This document shows positions 38,601 through 49,263 of a stretch of DNA of 64,000 nt, in pieces (position 1 is the first letter of the stretch; the number at the start of each line of letters is the position of its first letter). Source of the stretch: Eukaryota sp. TZLM1-RC (Eukaryota > Protista > Metamonada: BaSk clade); assembly GCA_040285825.1 (NCBI GenBank), contig JAUPSS010000010.1, forward strand, positions 1,176,881-1,240,880, read 5' to 3'. The notes beneath the pieces were generated by a model. It did no database searches, was not told the origin of the DNA, and was given only the letters and a program-made list of their open reading frames with translations. Made by a program: the position numbers and the translations under genes.

Positions 38601-38764
38601 GTGATTCGGTAGAAGAAGCTCATGAAGCATCAGAGACAGAACCAAATGCACAACCTCAATCATCAGTCACTTTAGTTAATGAACCAGTAAACAAACATCC
38701 AAGAATGGAAGAAGAAAGTGAAGAAGAAGAAGAAGATTTTATTGGGTTTGCTGGTCGAGTTTAG
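35606..38764 (+). CDS. SCC3: Cohesin subunit SCC3/STAG (SA)
   Basis: STAG/SCD motifs F.HRYKD..PEIR..C...LG, KFFGWMLND....VR, FT.RF..RIVEMA..D; probable start 35606. Confidence 0.88.
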   Translation: MQSGSEHSESSDSSEDDALSGSDEEFQPSQNPSHAPKSSKKQKPQPNKVVSEDMSSIFSPTCCSFRQTITKKKLPNSYIRSLIDLTSSNQEQAALEILSNILQCCFLPTNISLNAELLATLFTSDDPTVFWEGKLSSFDPDDYPELKLPNSKATERLKLRFLDHLRSLILKSPAELFNSFYPRIIQSFIPLTGCKNQCFHIRLFSTAASLFIYEGICEYRARFKPSSTETETINHLDSLITLIFESVFSHRYKDSKPEIRSICQESLGRSILVHPQELLRPQFTKFFGWMLNDNAAMVRSSALSSLINIYISPHYELMEMFTGRFSERIVEMAQMDIEPDVRLRALELVRAAVTKSRDIFDPNHVIKICEMVNDEDVNIRSTAGDVFSIFYEISEEFHSQFDLKLLPILTKFTKLNIESESVAVSTSFLVDSLWDSCEMVKDVETMIDQLLTNQDLSEADQLLISSLLLSSFRRHFRYCCSFDPHAPLLDNGKLFFKPAKVPNYGGRGVGREEEKEKETVRDVLIGDLIDLLTKFRGRSPFIYLIYLVLFVEKADFVTPDAWNSAIDCILRSFSDTNLYSLVKASVFVLYQSNELNGSTLSLIFDSIFSYSSNNSLAYKKLKEVFICLDPETFNHDYIATIVDKLPLCESIDEFADLFSSIVFGFMLLVNKKNANEALKPETMELIINHLLEKLDSCHEDVFDSAKLFKILIGTVLAFFDLEIISQDLILKVCNLFIKTLGDWLINSSLPHQSDFDWLLKHFGNLIFKSSLGSLNNNTDFQQIIFRFLSFWMFKNETNSLIKSFYSTYLQNCNVTERANGELFALVSGQEFINTNHQSPYLLSQLGLCFVRTHSIAKEDKIAFNVVQGFAGRFAEGISSIGNYEEFLEYLRQQIGIFIALSKHYLRKLSKKDGGILLTKFNEFLLFAENNFPNEPIPLLSAELEESNPWFYLINFINEISSISSGNKRNSSLSKLVPPKTKKPRKQKEKKNKRKRRTGGDSVEEAHEASETEPNAQPQSSVTLVNEPVNKHPRMEEESEEEEEDFIGFAGRV

Positions 38765-38823
38765 GTGTATTTAATAATAAACTAATAAAGAAATCAATTT
38801 TACTACAAATTTACAAAATAAAA

Positions 38824-40065
38824 CTAATAGCCAAGCTTTTGCTTAGTTGTCCTTATTCTATCCAATAGAACAGACCTATCCCGAATTAATAAAAACGGAT
38901 GATTAAGTAATTCTTCAGCAGAAGGTCTTTCTTTTGGATCTAAACAGAGGCACCGTGAAATGAAATCCCTGAAGCAATTAGAAATATTCAAGTTTCCAGG
39001 CAAATTAATTCCTTCGGTTGCAATCACGAATATCGCCCTTAATGGTGGCAGATCGAAATAAGGCGGCTTTGAAGTAATACACTCAAAACACAAGACTCCC
39101 AAACTCCAAATATCTGTAGCTGTATCATAATTCTTGGAAGTAATCACCTCGGGACTCATCCAATAGTAGGTGCCGACAGTAGAAGATCTACTAGACTCTT
39201 CAGCAGTTAGTTGGATACAAAAACCAAAATCCCCAAGCTTGGCTGTGCCATTACTGGACATCATCACATTGTCAGACTTTAAATCACGATGTAACCTGTG
39301 CTGTGAATGGAGAAAAGATAAAGCAGACAGAACATCATAACAAATGGCCGCAATACTTTCTTCTATAAGAGACCCTGTCACAGATAGCACATTCGAAAGA
39401 GCTCCAGCATCCAAGTATTCCATAACAATCCACAGTTGCCTAGACTCCTTGACTAAATAAGATTGGTAATATTTGACAATATTGTCATGAATGGAAGTTC
39501 TGACCATAGCAATTTCATTTTTGAGGGCTTCCACATCCAATTGTGGGGTAATAATCAAGGTTTTAATGGCCACGGTCCTTCCTGTTGCCTTCTCCACGGC
39601 AGAGAAAACAGAGCCACTACCTCCCTGGCCTATTTGTGAAGAGAGAGTGTACAATGGTCTAGGATCTTTTGGGGATATCTTGGCCGCATTCTTAAGTATA
39701 TCCTGGGTATGTGCGGCAGAGGGAAGTGGTGGTGCAGGCAGAGGATGTGGGCTGGTTTGGAAGGAAAGACATTTGATGAGAGCCTCAGGGTATTTGTGCT
39801 GACGTTCTTCGTCAATTCCAGAGGCCAAAAGCATTGATTTCCATTCGTCAGGAAGACCATGGAATTGCTTGTGTTCATTGTCATATGTTACATGAATTTT
39901 ACGTTGAAACCCCCGGGGTTCAGAAATTTGAAGAGAGCCAGGGGAGGCTCCAGTGGTGAGATCCAGCTGGCGACGCAATTCCACCGGTAGACCTTGAATT
40001 TCTCCATTGGCATCAACGGAAACATGCATCCTTCTCTGAAAGTTTGAAGGATTGGATATGGACAT
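38824..40065 (-). CDS. PAK/STE20 kinase with two CRIB motifs
   Basis: ISNPSNFQRRMHV and ISEPRGFQRKIHV..GLPDEW; GQGGSG, VAIK, HRDLKSDN, DFG, VGTYYWMSPE. Confidence 0.9.
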   Translation of the reverse strand: MSISNPSNFQRRMHVSVDANGEIQGLPVELRRQLDLTTGASPGSLQISEPRGFQRKIHVTYDNEHKQFHGLPDEWKSMLLASGIDEERQHKYPEALIKCLSFQTSPHPLPAPPLPSAAHTQDILKNAAKISPKDPRPLYTLSSQIGQGGSGSVFSAVEKATGRTVAIKTLIITPQLDVEALKNEIAMVRTSIHDNIVKYYQSYLVKESRQLWIVMEYLDAGALSNVLSVTGSLIEESIAAICYDVLSALSFLHSQHRLHRDLKSDNVMMSSNGTAKLGDFGFCIQLTAEESSRSSTVGTYYWMSPEVITSKNYDTATDIWSLGVLCFECITSKPPYFDLPPLRAIFVIATEGINLPGNLNISNCFRDFISRCLCLDPKERPSAEELLNHPFLLIRDRSVLLDRIRTTKQKLGY

Positions 40066-40963
40066 TACTTGTTATCCGTTATATTTCAAAGACAAAAATG
40101 AAGTTAGAGCAGTAAATTGAGCAAAGACCAAAAATGCTGCAGATTCACCAATTTTGTGAGCAAAAATGCATCTTTCTCATCAGAGCTTCGTTGGTTGGAG
40201 TAATGTTTGTCCATTTTGATGTAAATTTAAGTCAGATATCTTCTTTGAGTAAAGATATTGTATCTTTAAGAATATTTTGCAAGACTAAACAACAACAGTA
40301 GATTAGTAAAAAACTGGTGATGTCTGAGCAACGAGAGAGCATTTTCGCAATCTTAGTCAAAAACTTTCACAAAACAATTGTGTGTTATTGAAAAAAGCAC
40401 ATGTTTGTCGTTCTTGACCACACAGAAGTACCACCTTGTAAACCAATCCAGTTAAAGTACATCACTTACGCATTAATTTTTATGGAATTGTGTAAAATCA
40501 CTCTCAAAAGGGAGGGGGATGTTCCTCGATTATTGGTTTAAAAAGTCATAAATCGCTAAACAACAAACTTTTTGGTTGTTATTCATGATTTATTCTTTTT
40601 CATTTCTAATAAATGACTCAATTCACTTCAATGATATTCTTCAAATGCTATGCTTTCAGTTTTTGATCTGCAGAAACTTTTATTTGTACTTTCACCTGTA
40701 TTTTTACACCATAGTAAGAGATAGGGTTACTGCAGACGGATTATCATCTTTACAGGTGGCTTTCATGACATTGGTACTATAAGTTGAAATTGATTCTGAT
40801 TCAAACATAATGATTTGACCTGATGTAATTTGAATTTTCTATTCCTTATTTTTGAGATTTCCACTGCAAACAACAACAATAGGAAAAGGAATTTAAGATT
40901 TGTTAAACGTTCATAAATCAATCAAATATTGAGTAAAAGATGTACATCAACCACTCAAACTAA

Positions 40964-41268
40964 TTGCTGGTTTTTATTGCTTTCCCATTTTCGATAAATG
41001 GAAGATTATCAGTTGAAGCAGAAACTTTTTTGGATGACTTCCAAAAAATGGTGAAAGAAAAAACAATGAAAAGATTTGATATTTTTTTATGGCGTTCACG
41101 GATTCAATTTGCCATTATTAATAGATTACCGCGGTTTTTCAATCGAATTAGAGAAGCTTTAGCTAGACAGCAAGCAAATCAAGATTTTGTAGAGGAAATC
41201 TTGGTTTAATGATAGTCGTCCCATTAGTTATGATTTAATTTAATCAAGTGTGCAAATTCAATAAATAT
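40964..41268 (+). mobile_element. 3' end of RLE retrotransposon, family B (young copy)
   Basis: LVFIAFPFSINGRLS...ARQQANQDFVEEILV; near-identical inverted copy at 47161-47462. Confidence 0.85.
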
Positions 41269-41499
41269 AAGAATTAATTGCATCAATGATTAGATTTTAA
41301 CATCACAAATTTTTCTTTACAAAAACAATAATTCTGATTACAAGGTTGACTTTACTTACATATATACTACTGTGAATTTGACTTATCATGCATTCCCCTG
41401 TGAAATTCACTCCTGTTTTCAACTCCCTCAGTGTCTACTCACAGGCTGTAAGAGACATGCAGCATCATTTGACAAAGACAATCATGATCTTCATCAATG

Positions 41500-41642
41500 G
41501 GCTACCTCACTTAAATACACCTACTGCTTTCACAGAACAAAGCCTCGCGACTTGATGTATCTAAGTGGATCTACCAAATGCTACTAGGGCATTTGTAGAT
41601 CGGTCTCAAAAGTTTTAGTTTCTGTATGCTCACGTTCCCTAT
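41500..41642 (-). ncRNA. Candidate omegaRNA scaffold of Fanzor family B
   Basis: Directly 3' of the Fanzor stop: a 13-bp bulged hairpin (41568-41601), then a 14-bp stem (41554-41567 with 41508-41521) with 2 G-U pairs valid only on the minus strand, enclosing two GNRA-capped hairpins (AAGUC-GCGA-GGCUU; CUGU-GAAA-GCAG). Confidence 0.75.
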
Positions 41643-43598
41643 TCATCTTCTCAACAGAGCATCTGGGCAAATGTATCCTTCCGGCCACAATTCTGCTTTC
41701 TTCTTTATTTGAATATTTTTTGCAGCGGAAATATCTCTGTCATATACTATTTGACACTCAGTACAAATACGCATCTGCCATGAACCTGCTTGAATATTCT
41801 CGGCCATGCAACAACTTGACATTTTGCTTGTATTAAATTCACTGGTTGACAAGTGCTTCACGTCCTTTTGATAACACAACCATTTTCTGAAAGCCCTAGC
41901 TGATCCATATCGATTGACTTTTCGGCAATGAGAAGGGAAATTAGCAGAACCCACAGCACGATAAAGTTTATCAGGATGTCCAGTCAGCCTTTGAAATTTG
42001 TTGAGACTCTCTCTGAACCGTCTCTTTTTTCGTCTGCGGTTATCAAATTTAATTATTTTCCATTTCTGGCGATTACTTTCCAAATACACTTTCCTCCTAA
42101 CCAAATTCCAATGGTTCAAATATTGGTTGAAATTTTGAACGGAATATTGGTTGGGAGAGTGTTTACTGGGTGAAGGTTTTGTCATGTATCTTCTGCCAGT
42201 TGGACAAGGGATAACTCCACATTGATTATCATTTAAGAAGTAACCACATAATCTCGATTGGCCAAGATCAACGCCGATAAGGGGGCTTTCAGGTAAAATT
42301 TCGACTGGAGGTGTACGTCTTCGACGGGGCATTTTTTTAGTACCCTTCAACTGTGTTTCTCTGGTTTTGTTGGCATTAGGGTCACTTTTCATTTCATTTT
42401 TTGATCTTCTTTTCTTTTTCGGTGGTTCATCCAGCTCATCTGTGTTTTCTGAGTCATTATTTTTACCCTCAAAGGTCAAAAGCAGTTCATTACCATTAGT
42501 TTTCAATAAAATTTTGTTAAATCTATTTTTCAAACTTTTTCTGTTGATATTGAATTTTTGGTAAGGACATTGTTTGAATATTCGTTTCAGACATGTATTT
42601 TTGATAAACTTTGTTTTGGAAGATGATCCTTCAATAATTGGAAATTTTTTCACAGAGTGGAAAACATGTGAAGGTACCTCATGAAATTTAGAACCTTTAT
42701 CAGAAGTTAGAGGTATTATTCTAAATTTCTTCCAGCAATGCATATGAGAAAAGAAAGTGAGTAAGTATTGTGAAATTTTAAGATTGAAGAGAAAAAGCTC
42801 ACCAATTTCCTTTAATGAAAAGGTGATTTTATCATGTGAAGACAGTAGGGAGGCAGTGCTAGGAAATCTTTGAAGGAGATTCAAGATAAACTTGCATGCA
42901 TTTAATAAAAAGAATCTTTCTCTTGAATTATTCAAATTGAAATTGATGAGGTATTCAAGAACAGAATCAACTACTACTTCCTCGGGTTGGGCTAGTGGTT
43001 CATCTGGCAAAAGTGAAAGAATATTATTTGCAAAGACATTTGTTTTATCCAGGGCTCTTCAATGAGCACGAATAAAGTTTTTTGTCCAGGATTGACAAAT
43101 TTTAGGTAAACTTGTCTTCACCTTAGACACCAATTGACGAGCCCGACAAGCAAGGTAAGAAGAAAGTCCTTTTCTATTGATAAAATTACAATTCTGAGAT
43201 TGCAGCCAAGCATTGAGAAAAAGATTTAATGAATTTCTGTAAGGCACTAAAGAATTTTCCCACACAGAAACAAGAGACCTGTCTTGTGGGCATTCAGGAA
43301 GAAATCCATTGTAAAAGATATGGAGTAATTGGCGTTGGCCTTTAGATGTGGAAGGCTTAGGAAAAGAACCAGTGGTGATGACGGTCATAAACAGATACCA
43401 TACATCCTGTTACACTAAAGCTCTAGATGCCAACGGAAAATTTAGAAGAAAAGATTGAAGTAATAAAGAAGCTCCATGACAAATCTCGGTGACCACAGGA
43501 AGGTCAGTCCGAATTTGTTACACCGCTGCAGGGGTCAGCAGCGAGTTAAGTGCACAAGACCGAGTGAATACACGTGACACAGAGTGGGTGTCTGTCAT
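41643..43598 (-). pseudogene. Fanzor/TnpB-family RNA-guided nuclease, family B (651 codons, 3 in-frame stops)
   Basis: One frame from ATG 43598; RuvC-I IGVDLG, AVGSANF, RuvC-II SEFNTSK, Zn finger SCC...CTEC, RuvC-III DRDISAAKNI. Stops at 43518-43520, 43410-43412 and 43059-43061. Confidence 0.88.
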
Positions 43599-43805
43599 GT
43601 AGTGAGAATAAAGAGCTCATCTATCAAATTTTACACTTGTCACCCCATTTTCGACTTCTGGTTGCCTGTTCTGGGAGGTTTTTAACCCTCAACTTGGTTT
43701 TGGGAGGTTTTCACTATTCCCACACTTTCCCCTCAGTTCATAAACTAGGTTCATAAACTAGGTATCCTTTGTAAAAGTTTCTGGAATTTCAACTCTATGT
43801 AACTC

Positions 43806-44260
43806 ATGAAAGACGCTCTCAGCATCATCAACAGATTAGTCCACGATACTTCTTTGTCTAAAGAACGTTTCTGTGTTGGTTTTGAGGATAGATTTGGCGG
43901 TGTATTCTTCCTCCCTCTTCACGATTTTCTTGCCTTATCTGTACCATCTCACAGAATTCGCTACATATCTAAAGGAAACTCAATTCTCTGGTCTCGCACA
44001 AAACGAATCAACCTTATTGGCTCTGTTGCACCTTCTGTTTCTTTATTCTCATCTCCAACACCTGGTGTTCTCTCCCGATATTTTCCTCCTCATGCTACTG
44101 GTAGAAAGAATTTCCAGTTACCCTTCTTCTCTAACATTGTTTCTTGTGGTGTAGGTGTTCATCATACATTGGCACTCACTGCTTGTGGTAATTGCTATGG
44201 ATTTGGTCTGAACAAATCTACCAATTAGGCAACAACTACCCCCCAAAGCAGCACTTTCAA
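43806..44260 (+). pseudogene. Truncated gene: MJ1316/DUF504 domain plus start of RCC1 repeats
   Basis: IINRL.HD, VGFEDRF.G, VPSHRIRYI, LWSR..RI.LI (DUF504); then CG..HTLALT..G..YGFGLN, frameshift, YQLG, and loss of coding signal. Confidence 0.7.
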
Positions 44261-44755
44261 ACCGTTTTCCTAAGATTTTTTAGAAATTCAATCAATTTAT
44301 CTATCCTAACCCTAACCCTGGAGAAAACCAAAAGTCGAAATGCTATACGACACGTGTGGATAAGGTTTGTCAAGTGGCATAAAGGTAGTTAGTGTTCATC
44401 ATCTACTGAGATTTCATGTTAATATTGATTAGCTACTTGCTTCAATTGTGATGTATCCGGGACAATTCCACAGAAATGATACTATCAATAATGATTGAAG
44501 TTTGTTAACAATAATTGAGTTCTGCGAAACAGTGAAAAGATTTCTGTATGTATGTTATCATGACGCTTCAGTTGTTTTGATGAACACACAACCATCCTTT
44601 TATGAACAGCAATTATAAATCCTCTATTAATGAGAAAAACATTAAAACAGCCAACAAAAGATTCACATATTTACACTGTTGTGACAGCTTGTCAATGCTA
44701 AAACATTAAAATCAAATAATTAAGCCATATTTATTTCTATGCAATACAAATCCAA

Positions 44756-45258
44756 CTATCCTTGTTGTTGAGCTTTCATTGACAAGCTTCTTCCTAAAGT
44801 TAACAGAATGATCATAAGGTAACAAACCAGCAGCTATAATTTCATCACACAACAATAATTGAGAAGAAATAACAGCAGATGAACGAATCATATTTCTTAA
44901 AACACAATAGTTGTCCCAAATTCCAAGTTCCTTTGGATCACAAGCTTCTCCAGAAAAGACATCTAAACCAACAATGCCACCCTCTTCGGCTTCTTCTTGC
45001 AAGTTGATAATAGTCTCTTCAGCATCAAGACCAGAGTTTTGAGCAAGTGTTTTGGGGATAATGAGTAGAGATTCAGCAAAAACTGCTACTCCTCTCTTTA
45101 CTCTACCTTTAAGGGTTTTCTTGAAGTCATGTAACATGGCATTAGCAGCGATATGGAAAGAACCAGCTCCAGGGATTAAACAACCATCATCCAATGCATT
45201 CTTGACAGCTCGTAGACCATCTCTGAGTGCTTCCTTAGTTTGAGCAATGGTGTGTTTT
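44756..45258 (-). pseudogene. CCT6: C-terminal fragment of chaperonin CCT6 (TCP-1 zeta)
   Basis: HTIAQ.K.ALRDGLRAVKNA.DDGC.IPGAG, IIPKTLAQNSG.D, GIWDNY; retains a 34-nt intron (44794-44827); no in-frame ATG and no N-terminal two-thirds. Confidence 0.85.
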
Positions 45259-45436
45259 ACGACGCGTGAAGTTTTATAGACAACAGCTGACGGAGAGAAT
45301 TGATGTTTGAAAGAATTTCAAAGGTCAAAGGCATCTCAATAGGTCAGAAACACAAAAAAGGGATTAGGGAGGGAAGGGAAAAAAAGGGATTTGTATTCAA
45401 CCTAAAATTCAACCACACTAAAATAATTTCAACAAA

Positions 45437-46817
45437 CTAAACACGAAGTTCATCCCATCGAGTACCCTTATCCCAACTTTCCACAGGTTGTGAAATAAGA
45501 GTACCAAGATAGGGTCTACACTTATTCAAAATGTACTCGGTATCAATATCACCAGGGTAACAGAGACCCTTGGAAGGGTTTTCTAACATCCATGCAGCAG
45601 AAGCCAAAAGGCCACTGGACACCTGGACAACTGTTGCATTTGAATATTCATCCACAGCAGATGCTTCAGCTGTTGAAATAACAGATCCAAACCAATAAGC
45701 ATCATCATCAGTAACCACAAAGGCGCCTACACTTTCTTGACCATCAGGAGTGAGATCTTTGGGTTTGAATACATAAATGTTTTCGTTGGAGAGTTCAGGC
45801 TTATTCTTGTTGTAATACCGTTCAGCTGATCGCCACGCTTCCTTCATCGGACAATAGACAAATGAGATTGTAGGACAATAATCCCCTGACGAGCATAGCT
45901 TACTGAATTCTAAAACCTATGGTTAGCAAAGGACAAATGAATACCTCAGGATGCCGAACACTTCTACCCGTAAACACACCAGTTACGGGATTGAACGACC
46001 TTACAGCGGTGGGAAAAGGAAGGGTAGCGAGACGAGGGAACTGACTGGGGATCCAACACGGATACTTCTCCTTCGTTGTGCCTTCAATTTCCTGGACGAG
46101 TTTTTCCTCATGTGTTCCAACTACTACCTCTGACTCCACTAAAAATTCATCCAGGAATGACGCAACCGACCATGAGTTTACTAAAAGATCTTGCTGAATT
46201 GGTGTTGCTGTTTTCTGATCATCCAGCTCTGAAATATGGATGACACGAACTTTCAACAAGGAACACAAAACTTTGACGTCTTTCTTTTGTATCGCATCTT
46301 TCAGTTGGGCATGGGATTGTTGGTTGGGTACATGACAAAGTTTTCTTTTACCTAATTCTACAAGGGCAGCTTTCAAAAAATGTGTTATTAGACCTGGGTT
46401 ACAACCACAATCAATAGTGGCCGTCGTTCCTTCAAATGGCTTGACAGTGTCATATAAATCAGCTTGGGTGTTATACGGGGATTTAAAGTATTCCTCCATT
46501 GAAGTATTGCAATAAAAGGCACCTTTTGCGTGAGCGTACTCCATGATCATTCTTGATTCAAACGCAAACATAGCATCAATAACCAAATCTCCTTTACCTA
46601 CTACATGTAGAACTTTTGAGATGTTATCAGGAGAAAAGTCGTGCTGTATTACAGAAATTCTGTATGGTTTCCTATGATCAGGAACAACAACTTCTTCTCT
46701 GCAAATGATTGTAACAGATGAAACATTTGGAATGAAGTCATCTAGCAGACAGAGTACAGATTGTGCTATGGGACCAAATCCACATAGAAAAACATTTGTA
46801 GAGAACACGCCAGGCAT
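45437..46817 (-). CDS. hss: Homospermidine synthase (bacterial/viral type)
   Basis: GFGPIAQ Rossmann motif, GCNPGLITHF, IHISE.D.Q, NSWSV..F..E, H.E, P...FVYCP, YWFGS, NAT..QV. A 28-nt intron (45917-45944) joins the two ORFs in frame. Confidence 0.85.
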
Positions 46818-46940
46818 GAGGGAGATGTAGGTATCATTTCAAGTTGTGAGAAGTCTCCCAATTTGTGACCTTTGACAAGTCACACTTACAATTCAATGAT
46901 GTTGAATAATTATAAACTTACAATGTCCAAGTTACAGTAT

Positions 46941-47985
46941 AATTTATTGAACTTGCACTCTTAACAAAATAAACTCAGAACTAATGGGACGAAATTCATT
47001 GAACCAAGATTTCCTCTACAAAATCTTGATCTGCTTGCTGTCTAGCTAAAGCTTCTCTCATTCGATTGAAAAACCGAGGCAATCTATTAGTATTGGTCAA
47101 GTAAATCCGAGAACGGCATAAAAAAATACCAATTTGTTTCATTGTTTTTTCTTAAAATTAATTTATTGAACTTGCACACTTGATTAAATTAAATCATAAC
47201 TAATGGGACGACTATCATTAAACCAAGATTTCCTCTACAAAATCTTGATTTGCTTGCTGTCTAGCTAAAGCTTCTCTAATTCGATTGAAAAACCGCGGTA
47301 ATCTATTAATAATGGCAAATTGAATCCGTGAACGCCATAAAAAAATATCAAATCTTTTCATTGTTTTTTCTTTCACCATTTTTTGGAAGTCATCCAAAAA
47401 AGTTTCTGCTTCAACTGATAATCTTCCATTTATCGAAAATGGAAAAGCAATAAAAACCAGCTATGTATTTCTATCGATATTTGCATCTTCAATTTCTTTA
47501 TCATATTTTCTATGTTTTTCTTTTGCTTTAAAATCCAGAGCAGCCACAGGATTAAGTTTTCTTCTGTGAACCAAAGTATCGTTTGCAACATTACATGAGA
47601 CAAAGTCAACAATAGCTTCAGAATTATCAATCCAATCACAGTATACATCACCTCTATCATCAGAACCAAAATTATTCAGAGAAAGTGTTTCTTTCAGCAG
47701 GGGCTCTTTGATACACGATATCCTTACAGTTTGTGCCATATTGAAAACAGTGTCTCTAACAGCATCATGTAATGAAGAACGATAAGTTATCAATTTAGAG
47801 CAATTTAGAGCATGGCGCTTTGTTTTTTCTTGAACCATTTTTTGGAAGTCATTCAAAAAAATTTCTGCTTCTACTGATAATCTTCGGTTTATCGAAAATG
47901 GGAAAGCAATAAAAGCTAGTTGCGTATTTTTACCAGCATTAGCATATTAGATATCTTTGTCATATTGTCTATGTTTTTCTTTTTT
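46941..47985 (-). mobile_element. Cluster of three partial family-B RLE retrotransposon copies
   Basis: Co-oriented pieces at about 46941-47150, 47160-47810 (HALNC..LITYRSSLHDAVRD, KEP, RGDVYCDW, VDFVSC, K..EKHRKY) and 47820-47985. Confidence 0.85.
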
Positions 47986-48449
47986 TGAGTGAAAGTCTTG
48001 ATTTAAAACAACCGAGCTGCATAAATCATAATGAAGATCATTTTAATAAAAGATATTAACTCTTATCATTGTTTTTCTTAAACCAGTATTTGGAAATCTT
48101 TCAAACAGGTTCCCACAGCTACTGTGCAAGTTCAAGTTTAATTCAGATAAATTGGAACCTAAGACAAGGTTGAGTACAAATATTTTGCAACATATTGCAG
48201 TAACTATTAGATACCGGCATCAATTGCATTTTATTCGAAACAATTTGTGCCATTGAAACTTCAAACATTTAAATAAAAACACAAATTGTTACAGGCATGA
48301 TGATCATAAATTATTGGACAGTATTGCTTCCAAAATAATCAAACAATAATGAAAGCAATTGCAACCAATTATGGAAATGTAGAATAAGCATCAAAAATTG
48401 ATTTTTAAAATGAAAACCAAGGCAGATAAGTTGATTATTTTGCTTGTTT

Positions 48450-48970
48450 GTAACCTCTGCTTGCAGATCTGTTTGATGCTGAAGATGTTATCCATATGAA
48501 TAGTAAAGGTGACGTCAATCTACCTGGATTCGATAGAACCTTTAATTTAGTGGATGTGAAGACTGTTGTCCGTTGTAATGTCTCGAATATAAGTCTTGTT
48601 AATTCTTGTCCTCATAATCCTTTTTCAAAAGAAAATTTTCAAATCAAAAAATATAGTAAAGTTTTGTTCAAAATGTCTACCCAACAGCATGCAAGTTGTA
48701 TACATTTGGGTATTTTCTATTTAATCCACAGGCTTTCACTGCTTTACGCTTTCTAACAGATTATGAACTGTATATTCAAAGAAGGATTAATGGAAACTAA
48801 ACAGATTTTCTTTCCAGAATGGGATTGTTCTTTCCATTTTTGGGGATTTTCAAAATAGTTTCTGATGCACTGCCCTCATTTGGATTTCACTATGAGATTT
48901 TTTCTAGATGAATGGTTTTGGAAGAGATGGATTATTTTGATGTTGATATATAAGTTGTTTAATTAATAAG
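48450..48970 (+). mobile_element. Old diverged RLE retrotransposon 3' fragment (family A-like)
   Basis: KGDVNLPGFD.TFNLVDVKTV, K.KKY, downstream FQNGIVLSIF; heavily decayed. Confidence 0.5.
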
Positions 48971-49263
48971 TATTTACAAAACAGGTAGATGAGCAATTTG
49001 TGCAACAATGAAACTATAATGAACAATAAGAAGACTGTGAGTTTTGGTATTAGCTATAATTGTCTTATCATCTGCTGTCTGGGTCTGAACACTGAGCAAC
49101 TCTTCTTCAATGAACATATTCTCATACTTGATTGAAATAATAAGATGTGCATGGTTCATTAAAAGAACAAAGTTTTTATGGATTACTATGAATCTACATA
49201 CGAACGTACAAATGATTAATATAAATAGAAAAAAAAGGTAAGTACTTTACAAAATAAAATATA

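Noticed and set aside
43485-43600. Several hairpins (CTCGGT/ACCGAG, CGCTGC/GCAGCG, GACAC/GTGTC) suggesting a ribozyme or left-end structure
   Set aside because: The region is the N-terminal coding frame of Fanzor-B; stems are short and no ribozyme core consensus is recognisable.
43670-43770. Short direct repeats (GGGAGGTTTT x2, GTTCATAAACTAG x2) and AGGTATCC as a possible TIR partner of AGGTAGCC at about 41500
   Set aside because: Only an 8-bp imperfect match with no TSD; cannot define an end from one copy.
44306-44320. CCTAACCCTAACCCT telomere-like repeat
   Set aside because: Only about 2.5 units; compatible with chance.
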